Shown: positions 8,740 to 16,600 of the stretch, piece after piece
Numbering within the stretch: the stretch's first letter is position 1
How the letters are laid out: every line of letters begins with the position of its first letter
Origin: an uncultured virus (IMG/VR IMGVR_UViG_2671180412_000004)
Taxonomy: Duplodnaviria; Heunggongvirae; Uroviricota; Caudoviricetes
Length of the DNA: 20,000 nt
IMG/VR virus record: IMGVR_UViG_2671180412_000004
Strand: one strand, 5' to 3'
Translations under genes and position numbers: made by a program
The notes under the pieces: generated by a model
What the model saw: the letters and a program-made list of their open reading frames with translations, nothing else
What the model was told of the DNA's origin: nothing
Databases searched by the model: none

Positions 8740-8767
8740 ATACAGTCGGGTTAGCTACAGGATTAAA

Positions 8768-9136
8768 TTAAAACCCTATTGCAAACCACGTAAACATACG
8801 GGAATTACCAGGCAGAGTATCGTCAAGGAAAAACTGAGCGTTAACACCCGTTTTCGTTGGGTAGCCGATTGAAACAGCTTGCCTTAAAGTTCTATAGATT
8901 GGCACATAATCATAATCGGATGCCCTCACGCCTGCGCTTGAATAGACGCCGAAGCAGGCCGCAGGAAACGCTACGGGAAAAGTTATATCACACTTATAAG
9001 TAGTGCTTGTTACACCTCCCTCCCATCGTCCCCACTGCACCATTAACGTAATACCGCCGATTAATGGGAATTTCGCCCAGCCGCTATTAGACAAAACGCC
9101 GCTCGCTGCGGCGAGTTTTGCCGCTTCTCCCAAACG
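8768..9136 (-). CDS. Silent tail-fibre tip cassette 3 (122 aa)
   Basis: Begins RLGEAA at site 3; GWAKFP...MVQWG...FPVAFP...WFAIGF. Confidence 0.85.
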   Translation of the reverse strand, partial: RLGEAAKLAAASGVLSNSGWAKFPLIGGITLMVQWGRWEGGVTSTTYKCDITFPVAFPAACFGVYSSAGVRASDYDYVPIYRTLRQAVSIGYPTKTGVNAQFFLDDTLPGNSRMFTWFAIGF

Positions 9137-9150
9137 AACGTTTAAAACCC
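9125..9150 (-). repeat. Invertase crossover site 3
   Basis: Minus strand gggttttaaacg-TT-cgtttgggagaa(gcggc). Confidence 0.88.
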
Positions 9151-9510
9151 TATAGCTGTAAACCGTGTTCCGGCATTACTTCTGGTTGAAAAATTTCGCG
9201 CCATTACCGATTTACGGGAATCAGTAACAGATTGAGCATCTACCCCGATAGAGATCGGCACGGTCGAATCTGCCGATCCGGCCGCGGTAAAAATCACGAA
9301 ACACATTTGAGTTGGAAACGCTATTGGATAAAAAACCTCAATGGACGTTCCAGCGGGGATGGAAGTTATTGCCCCGGTTTGAATGATTAACCCATTCGGG
9401 AACTTCGCGTAAGAGTTTGCACCCCCTGCAAAATTTGCAGCAAAAAGCCCCATATCTGGAAGTTGCCCGCTTGATGCACCAACCCCTCTTTTTGCCGCGT
9501 CCCCCAAACG
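9142..9510 (-). CDS. Silent tail-fibre tip cassette 4 (122 aa)
   Basis: Begins RLGDAAKRGVGASSGQLPDM (like cassette 1 RLGEAAKRTVGTGANQIPDM); YAKFPNGLIIQTG...YPIAFP...FTAIGF. Confidence 0.85.
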   Translation of the reverse strand, partial: RLGDAAKRGVGASSGQLPDMGLFAANFAGGANSYAKFPNGLIIQTGAITSIPAGTSIEVFYPIAFPTQMCFVIFTAAGSADSTVPISIGVDAQSVTDSRKSVMARNFSTRSNAGTRFTAIGF

Positions 9511-9524
9511 AACGTTATTTGCTT
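9499..9524 (-). repeat. Invertase crossover site 4
   Basis: Minus strand aagcaaataacg-TT-cgtttgggggac(gcggc). Confidence 0.88.
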
Positions 9525-9882
9525 AATAGCCAATGGCTATAAACCGGAATGACACGTTTGCATTTAACGCATTTAGAACGGCTCCAGCCTGAGATAACTT
9601 AACCGCTCTTGTAGTAAAAGTTGAAAGGGTTGCAGGCGCTGCAGAACCAAACCCAACGCCAGCATCCTCAGGATTATTATGCGTAACATATACTTGTGCA
9701 AACACGGATGGGAACGCGACAGGAAGCGAAGATGTGTAGACCTCTCCACTACCTGCTGTATTAACACCACCTTGCCCCCATTGAAGAATTAAATTTTTGT
9801 TACCACTCATCGGGATTTTGGCCCATCCGTTATAGCCAATAACACCGCTAACAGCTGGCAGCGTTGCCGCTTCCCCCAAACG
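9523..9882 (-). CDS. Silent tail-fibre tip cassette 5 (119 aa)
   Basis: Begins RLGEAA at site 5; GWAKIP...LILQWG...LPVAFP...FIAIGY. Confidence 0.85.
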   Translation of the reverse strand, partial: RLGEAATLPAVSGVIGYNGWAKIPMSGNKNLILQWGQGGVNTAGSGEVYTSSLPVAFPSVFAQVYVTHNNPEDAGVGFGSAAPATLSTFTTRAVKLSQAGAVLNALNANVSFRFIAIGY

Positions 9883-9896
9883 AAGGTTTTTTATCC
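9871..9896 (-). repeat. Invertase crossover site 5 (fixed outer arm, upstream of the invertase)
   Basis: Minus strand ggataaaaaacc-TT-cgtttgggggaa(gcggc). Confidence 0.9.
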
Positions 9897-10004
9897 GCCA
9901 CGGTCATGATTGTCCGTGTTGGCCATTCTCTGCAGTACAGTCAGAAATGACCATGCTCGATAAAATGGTGGCATCATTCACCACTTTTTTAAGGGCGAAA
10001 AATC

Positions 10005-10592
10005 ATGCAAATCGGTTACGTGAGGGTGTCAACAAATGACCAAAACACGGCTTTACAACGAAATGCGCTGGAGTGCGCAGGATGTGAGCTGATATTTGAG
10101 GACAAAATGAGCGGAAAAACCTCAGATCGGCCAGGGCTAAAGAAGGTCCTGCGCACACTCTCAGAAGGTGACACGCTGGTAGTCTGGAAGCTGGACAGAT
10201 TAGGCAGGAGCATGCGACATCTTGTTACGCTGATTGAAGACCTGCGCGGGAGAGGGGTAAATTTCCGCAGCCTGACAGACAGCATTGACACATCAACTCC
10301 AATGGGGCGTTTCTTTTTCCATGTTATGGGCGCCCTGGCTGAAATGGAACGTGAGCTAATCGTTGAGCGTACCCGCGCCGGGCTGGCAGCGGCCAGACAG
10401 CAAGGGCGTATCGGTGGCAGGCGGCCAAAACTGACAGAGCAGCAATGGGCGCAGGCCGGGCGACTCCTTGAGGCAGGGGAAAGCAGGAAGCGTGTTGCGC
10501 TAATTTTTGATGTGGGTATCTCCACTCTGTACCGTAAATTTCCCGCGTCTGCCGTGGCGCCATTGTCTGAGCGGTCAGACACCCCTGTATAA
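10005..10592 (+). CDS. Serine DNA invertase (Hin/Gin/Cin/Pin family)
   Basis: GYVRVSTNDQN (catalytic Ser), VVWKLDRLGRS, GRFFFHVMGALAEMERELIVERTRAGL, GRIGGRRPKL, C-terminal HTH. Confidence 0.96.
   Translation: MQIGYVRVSTNDQNTALQRNALECAGCELIFEDKMSGKTSDRPGLKKVLRTLSEGDTLVVWKLDRLGRSMRHLVTLIEDLRGRGVNFRSLTDSIDTSTPMGRFFFHVMGALAEMERELIVERTRAGLAAARQQGRIGGRRPKLTEQQWAQAGRLLEAGESRKRVALIFDVGISTLYRKFPASAVAPLSERSDTPV
10025..10090 (+). promoter_or_regulatory. Putative Fis-binding recombinational enhancer inside the invertase 5' coding region
   Basis: gtgtcaacaaatgacc...gcgcaggatgtgagc resembles the hin enhancer in sequence and position (recalled, not aligned). Confidence 0.55.
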
Positions 10593-10621
10593 ATGAACAT
10601 GCTTTCTCATTTATGTAACCT
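10564..10621 (+). promoter_or_regulatory. Putative Ogr-dependent late promoter for the methyltransferase
   Basis: TGT-ctgagcggtcag-ACA at 10564-10581 (7-bp perfect arms tgtctga/tcagaca) and TAACCT at 10616-10621; same spacing as pV and pF. Confidence 0.75.
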
Positions 10622-10650
10622 GAAATCAGGCACATAAGAGAGGCAAAGCT

Positions 10651-11403
10651 ATGCAAAAAGCGGTTATTGGGGCGGCAACGATTTACTGTGGTGACAGTCT
10701 GGAAATTTTGCGCGAACTCACTGGCGAATTTGATGCAGTAATTACTGATCCGCCTTATTCCAGCGGTGGTATGACGCGCAGTGATCGGCAGGCCAAACCC
10801 TCAGGGAAGTATGTAGGCAATAACAACTACCATGAGTTTTACGGCGATAACAGAGACGTGCGATCCTGGGCGTTCTGGATGACGCAGTGGATGAGTCAGG
10901 TTAACCGCCTGGTCAAGTCAGGCGGGTATGCCATGGTTTTCACTGACTGGCGGCAGCTTCCAACGCTTACTGACGTTTTCCAGGCTGGCGGTTTTGTATG
11001 GCGGGGGCTGATTCCGTGGGATAAAACCCTTTCAACCCGTGCGCCTCATACCGGTTATTTTCGCCATCAGTGCGAATACGTTGTCTGGGGAAGTAACGGA
11101 CCATTGCCTAAAAGTCTGCATGGTGGACCCTGGCCGGGTATGGTGACTCGCCGGGTTATTCCGTCTCAAAAACTCCATATGACCGGCAAACCGATTGAGC
11201 TTATGGAAAGCCTGATTGCCCCCGTTCCCCCTGGAGGCCATATTCTTGATCCATTTATGGGGAGTGCATCAACTGGCGTTGCCGCGCTGAGGAAGGGATA
11301 TAAATTTACCGGGATTGAGATGAGCCAGCAGTATTTTGATATCTCATGTGAACGCCTGGAAAAAGAAAACGCAGATATCCGCGCGGGCGTATTGTGTGAT
11401 TAA
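10651..11403 (+). CDS. Orphan beta-class amino (N6-adenine/N4-cytosine) DNA methyltransferase
   Basis: Motif IV DPPY near the N-terminus, H-x-T-x-KP, motif [12 protein letters not shown] near the C-terminus, GIE; gagagg RBS; no adjacent endonuclease. Confidence 0.92.
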   Translation: MQKAVIGAATIYCGDSLEILRELTGEFDAVITDPPYSSGGMTRSDRQAKPSGKYVGNNNYHEFYGDNRDVRSWAFWMTQWMSQVNRLVKSGGYAMVFTDWRQLPTLTDVFQAGGFVWRGLIPWDKTLSTRAPHTGYFRHQCEYVVWGSNGPLPKSLHGGPWPGMVTRRVIPSQKLHMTGKPIELMESLIAPVPPGGHILDPFMGSASTGVAALRKGYKFTGIEMSQQYFDISCERLEKENADIRAGVLCD

Positions 11404-11450
11404 GGGAACAATGCCGCGTAGCTGTCTGCGCGGCCCATTCAATTCACCAT
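11393..11450 (+). promoter_or_regulatory. Ogr-dependent late promoter pF
   Basis: TGT-gtgattaaggga-ACA at 11393-11410 and CACCAT at 11445-11450, upstream of FI. Confidence 0.8.
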
Positions 11451-11483
11451 AGGGCGAAACCTAAACACCGGAGGGTTCGCCGT

Positions 11484-12656
11484 ATGGCTCAGGATTATCA
11501 CCACGGTGTGCGCGTCGTTGAGGTCAACGATGGCACCCGCCCCATTTCAACAGTAAGCACGGCAATTGTCGGTATGGTCTGTACCGGCGATGATGCAGAT
11601 GCGTCCGTGTTCCCCCTCAATAAACCGGTCCTGCTCACCGACGTGCTGACCGCCAGCGGTAAAGCAGGCGAGTCCGGCACGTTGGCCCGCTCGCTGGATG
11701 CAATTGCCGACCAGGCTAAACCCGTGACCGTCGTTGTGCGCGTGGCTCAGGGTGAAACCGAAGCGGAGACAACCTCCAACATTATCGGCGGCGTGACAGC
11801 TGACGGTAAAAAAACGGGCATGAAAGCGCTGTTATCTGCGCAGTCTCAGCTCGGCGTTAAGCCGCGCATTCTGGGCGTGCCGGGGCATGACACGCAGGCG
11901 GTTGCCACTGAGCTGCTGAGCGTGGCGCAGAGTCTACGCGGGTTCGCCTATCTGTCAGCCTACGGCTGCAAAACGGTAGAGGAGGCCATTGCCTACCGCG
12001 CTAATTTCAGCCAGCGCGAGGGAATGCTGATCTGGCCTGATTTCATCAGTTTTGACACCGTGCTGAATGCTGACGCAACGGCCTACGCCTCAGCCCGTGC
12101 GCTTGGTCTACGTGCCAAAATTGACGAGCAGACCGGCTGGCACAAATCCCTGTCCAACGTGGGCGTGAACGGCGTCACCGGCATTTCTGCGGATGTGTTC
12201 TGGGATTTGCAGGACCCGGCAACCGATGCGGGGCTGCTGAACCAGAACGATGTCACCACGCTGATCCGCAAGGACGGTTTCCGCTTCTGGGGCTCCCGCT
12301 GCCTCAGTGACGATCCTCTGTTTGCCTTTGAAAACTACACCCGCACCGCGCAGGTACTGGCTGACACCATCGCCGAAGCGCACATGTGGGCGGTTGATGG
12401 CGTGCTTAACCCTTCGCTGGCCCGCGACATTATCGAAGGTATTCGCGCCAAACTGCGCAACCTGAAAACACAGGGCTACATCATCGGCGCCGACTGCTGG
12501 CTGGATGAGTCCGTAAACGATAAAGATTCCCTGAAAGCCGGGAAGCTCACTATCGATTACGACTATACGCCGGTACCGCCTCTGGAAAACCTGATGCTGC
12601 GCCAGCGCATCACCGATCAGTATCTGCTGGATTTCTCCAGCCAGGTCAGCGCGTAA
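11484..12656 (+). CDS. FI: Tail sheath protein, P2 gpFI-like
   Basis: [21 protein letters not shown]...GFRFWGSR...[13 protein letters not shown]. Confidence 0.95.
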   Translation: MAQDYHHGVRVVEVNDGTRPISTVSTAIVGMVCTGDDADASVFPLNKPVLLTDVLTASGKAGESGTLARSLDAIADQAKPVTVVVRVAQGETEAETTSNIIGGVTADGKKTGMKALLSAQSQLGVKPRILGVPGHDTQAVATELLSVAQSLRGFAYLSAYGCKTVEEAIAYRANFSQREGMLIWPDFISFDTVLNADATAYASARALGLRAKIDEQTGWHKSLSNVGVNGVTGISADVFWDLQDPATDAGLLNQNDVTTLIRKDGFRFWGSRCLSDDPLFAFENYTRTAQVLADTIAEAHMWAVDGVLNPSLARDIIEGIRAKLRNLKTQGYIIGADCWLDESVNDKDSLKAGKLTIDYDYTPVPPLENLMLRQRITDQYLLDFSSQVSA

Positions 12657-12665
12657 GGGGACAAT

Positions 12666-13181
12666 ATGGCTTTACCACGCAAGTTAAAACACCTGAACCT
12701 GTTTAACGACGGGAATAACTATCAGGGGATTGTTGAGTCCCTGACCCTGCCTAAATTCGGCCGCAAGTTTGAAAAGTATCGCGGCGGCGGTATGCCCGGT
12801 TCGGCTGATGTTGATCTGGGGCTGGATGATGGCGCGCTGGACACGGAATTTTCAATCGGTGGCACCGAACTGCTGTTATTCAAACAGATGGGTAAAGCCA
12901 CCGTTGACGGTATCCAGCTGCGTTTCACCGGCTCCATTCAGCGTGACGATACCGGCGAAGTGCAGGCCGTTGAGCTGGTTGTGCGCGGGCGACATAAAGA
13001 AGTCGATTCCGGCGAATGGAAAACCGGGGAGAGCAACACTACAAAAGTCAGCAGCACCAACAGCTACGCGAAGCTGACCATTAACGGCGAGGTGCTCTAT
13101 GAGGTTGATGTGATCAACATGATTGAAATCGTTGATGGCGTGGACCTGATGGAAGAACACCGCAATGCCCTGGGCCTATGA
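12666..13181 (+). CDS. FII: Tail tube protein, P2 gpFII-like
   Basis: MALPRKLKHLNLFNDG...YRGGGMPG...HRNALGL. Confidence 0.95.
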   Translation: MALPRKLKHLNLFNDGNNYQGIVESLTLPKFGRKFEKYRGGGMPGSADVDLGLDDGALDTEFSIGGTELLLFKQMGKATVDGIQLRFTGSIQRDDTGEVQAVELVVRGRHKEVDSGEWKTGESNTTKVSSTNSYAKLTINGEVLYEVDVINMIEIVDGVDLMEEHRNALGL

Positions 13182-13235
13182 TCTACTTTAAAGGCGCGGG
13201 CAGCCGCGCCAGTACCTTATTAACAGGAAATGACA

Positions 13236-13538
13236 ATGAGCGAACAACTGACTGAAAAAACCGTACAGCTGGACACCCCAATCAAACGCGGTAAAACCGA
13301 AATTGCCGAAATTGTGCTGCGCAAGCCGCAGTCCGGCGCGCTGCGTGGCACCCGTCTGCAGGCGATCATGGATATGGACGTCGGCGCGATGATGACGATT
13401 ATTCCCCGCATCTCCACGCCCGCGCTGACCGCTCAGGAAATGGCTGAAATGGACCCCGCCGATCTCACCGCGCTGTCGGTTGAGGTGGTCACTTTTTTGT
13501 TGAAGAAATCGGTGCTTGCCGGTTTGCCGACAGCCTGA
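13236..13538 (+). CDS. E: Tail assembly chaperone gpE (start 13236 or 13230)
   Basis: LDTPIKRGKTEI...LRKPQSGALRG...DPADL; cagga RBS. Confidence 0.88.
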   Translation: MSEQLTEKTVQLDTPIKRGKTEIAEIVLRKPQSGALRGTRLQAIMDMDVGAMMTIIPRISTPALTAQEMAEMDPADLTALSVEVVTFLLKKSVLAGLPTA

Positions 13539-13672
13539 CGGTAGAAGACCTGGTGGCTGATATCGCCACCATTTTTCACTGGCCGCCGTCCGTCACTGAC
13601 GTTATGCCGCTGACCGAAGTGCTGGAGTGGCGGCATAAAGCGATTCAGAGAAGCGGGGCCAGCGATGAGTGA
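13493..13672 (+). CDS. E': gpE' extension reached by a programmed -1 frameshift at T-TTT-TTG (13493-13499)
   Basis: -1 frame is open: VEEIGACRFADSLTVEDLVADIATIFHWPPSVTDVMPLTEVLEWRHKAIQRSGASDE*, stop at 13670-72; same slippery heptamer as P2. Confidence 0.88.
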   Translation, partial: FFVEEIGACRFADSLTVEDLVADIATIFHWPPSVTDVMPLTEVLEWRHKAIQRSGASDE

Positions 13673-16600
13673 CACTAACCTGCGTTTGCAGGTAATTCTA
13701 AATGCGGTTGATAAACTCACCCGCCCATTCCGATCAGCGCAGGCCAGTTCTAAAGAGCTGGCTACCGCCATTCAGCAAAGCCGCGCAAGATTAAAAGAAC
13801 TGGACGCCCAGGCGGGCCGTATTGACGGTTTCCGCAAGGCAAGCGCGCAGCTGGCCGTCACCGGCAATAGTCTTAAAGCCGCACGCGAAGAAGCGGCGAA
13901 GCTTGCCACGCAGTTCTCGGCCACTAACCGGCCGACGGCGGCGCAGGCGCGTCTGCTGGAGCAGGCAAAAAACCGCGTTAACGAGCTGCAGAGCAAATAC
14001 AACGGCCTGCGTCAGTCGGTGCAGCGTCAGCGTCTTGCGCTCAATGAGGCCGGGCTGGACACCAAAAAGCTGAGCAGTGCGCAGCGGGAGCTGCGGCAGA
14101 ATGCCGACGAAACCCGGCAGGCGCTGGACCGACAGCAGAAATCCCTTAAGCGCCTGGGCGAGCAGCAGGCCCGTATGAATGCCGTACGCGATCAGTATTC
14201 GCGGCGCCTTGAGGTGCGGGATCGTATCGCGGGCGCCGGAGCAACAACTACTGCCGCCGGGCTGGCGATGGGCGCGCCGGTGATGGCAGCGGTTAAAAGC
14301 TATGCCAGCATGGAAGATGCGATGAAAGGCGTGGCAAAGCAGGTTAACGGGCTGCGGGACGACAACGGCAACCGAACAAAACAGTTTTACGACATGCAGG
14401 ATGCCATCAAGGCCGCCAGTGAACAGCTGCCGATGGAGAATGGCGCCATCGACTATGCCGCGCTGGTTGAAGGTGGCGCCCGCATGGGCGTGACAAACCA
14501 GAACGATTCTTACGAAGACCAGAAGCGTGACCTGCTGGCCTTTGCATCCACTGCAGCAAAGGCCGCAACGGCATTCGAGCTGCCCGCTGATGAGCTGGCG
14601 GAGGGGCTGGGGAAAATCGCGCAGCTGTATAAAGTGCCGACCCGTAATATTGAACAGCTGGGCGATGCCCTGAACTACCTGGACGATAACGCCATGTCTA
14701 AGGGCGGCGATATCATCAATGTGCTGCAGCGCATGGGGGGGGTGGCCGACCGGCTTGATTTCCGCAAGGCGGCCGCGCTGGGTTCCACCTTCCTGTCTCT
14801 GGGTGCCGCGCCTGAAATTGCCGCCAGCGCATCAAATGCGATGGTGCGCGAACTGTCGATTGCGACCATGCAGAGCAAGCGGTTCATGGAAGGTATGGAT
14901 CTGCTGAAACTCAATCCAGAAGAGATTGAAAAGCAGATGACAAAGGACGCAATGGGGACCATTCAGCGCGTGCTGGAGAAGGTCAACAAGCTGCCGCAGG
15001 ATAAACGCCTGTCCGCCATGACGATGATATTTGGTAAGGAGTTTGGCGACGATGCGGCGAAGCTTGCAAACAACCTGCCGGAGCTGCAGCGACAGCTGAA
15101 ACTCACCTCAGGCACTGAGGCTAACGGCTCCATGCAGAAAGAATCCGATATCAATAAGGATTCACTTTCCGCGCAGTGGTTGCTTGTGAAAACGGGCGCG
15201 CAGAACGCTTTCAGTAGCCTGGGTGAAACCCTGCGCCAGCCGCTGATGGATATCATGGGGTACGTCAAAAGCGTTACCGGGGCACTGCGTCGATGGGTTG
15301 AGGCTAACCCGCAGCTGGCGGGCACGCTGATGAAAGTGGCTGCAGCCACAGCTGCGATCACCGTTGTGCTCGGCACGCTGGCGGTGGCCGTGGCTGCCGT
15401 GCTGGGGCCGCTGGCGGTGATCCGTTTTGGCCTGTCCGTGCTGGGTGTAAAAACACTCCCCTCCGTTATGTCTGCAGTGACCCGCACCGGCGGCGCGCTG
15501 TCCTGGCTGGCAAATGCGCCGCTTTCCCTGTTGCGCCGTGGCCTGGCTGCATCAGGCAGCAGCGCCGGATTGCTGGCGTCTCCCCTTAACTCCTTGCGCC
15601 GTTCTGCTGGGCTGGCTGGCAATGCGCTGAAAGCGCTGGCCGGTGCGCCGCTTGCTGTCCTTCGCGGCGGAATGTCTGGTATTCGCAACATTATCGGTAT
15701 GGTAATGAATCCGCTGGCCGCGTTGCGCGGGGGATTATCCGCAGCGGGTGGCGTGCTGCGTTTTCTGGCGTCCGGTCCGCTGGCCCTCCTTCGCGTTGCG
15801 CTGTACGGGATTTCTGGATTGCTGGGCGCCCTGCTTAGTCCGATAGGGCTCGTTGTGGCGGCGCTGGCTGGCGTGGCGCTGGTTGTCTGGAAATACTGGC
15901 AGCCGATAAGCGCATTTTTAGGCGGAGTGGTTGAAGGATTCAAAGCTGCAGCTGCGCCTATCAGTGCGGCGTTTGAGCCACTGCAGCCTGTTTTCCAGTG
16001 GATAGGTGACAAGGTCCAGGCATTGTGGGGCTGGTTTACTGATCTGCTGACGCCGGTTAAATCCACCTCTGCAGAGCTGCAAAGCGCGGCGTCGATGGGG
16101 CGGCAGTTTGGGGAGGCGCTGGCGGCAGGGCTGAACATGGTCATGCACCCGCTGGATTCGCTTAAATCGGGCGTGTCCTGGCTGCTTGAAAAACTTGGCA
16201 TTGTCAGCAAGGAAGCGGCCAAAGCGAAGCTTCCTGAGCAGGTCACGCGGCAGCAACCAGCCACGGTAAACACAGACGGTAAAGTGGTGCTGCCGCCTGG
16301 CGGATTCCCGCCGATGGGTTTTGCTGGCATGTACGACAGCGGCGGTACCATTCCGCGCGGCCAGTTCGGCATCGTGGGTGAGAATGGCCCAGAGATCGTA
16401 AACGGGCCCGCCAATGTCACCGGCAGGAAACGGACTGCTGATCTGGCGAGGGTGGCGGCAACTCTCAATCCTTCCCGGACGGAACCAGTCAGCGCTAAAC
16501 AACGTCCTGAACGCGGGATAGTTCTGCCGCCTGATAGTGTGAACGGTCCGGCAAATATTCCGGTAATCAATCGCACTACTGAACTGGTGAAACTGGCGGC

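Noticed and set aside
7805..9879. ORF-track starts MGEAA/MGDAA as four independent genes
   Set aside because: The 'M' is the TTG Leu codon inside each crossover site and has no RBS; these are fusion cassettes
7445..9896. Repeats read as a CRISPR array or a diversity-generating retroelement
   Set aside because: They occur in both orientations, are separated by over 300 bp of coding cassettes, and there is no cas or reverse transcriptase gene; an adjacent serine invertase explains them
9909..9966. Fifth Ogr box upstream of the invertase
   Set aside because: Only an attgt half-site at 9909-9913, with no ACA 12 nt later, and spacing to TAAAAT (9961) is off by 2
10651..11403. Restriction-modification defence system
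   Set aside because: No endonuclease or specificity gene nearby; flanked tightly by the invertase and FI
14735..14742. G8 tract in the tape measure as a phase-variation switch
   Set aside because: Short, in frame (M-G-G-V) and in an essential gene; no evidence of slippage
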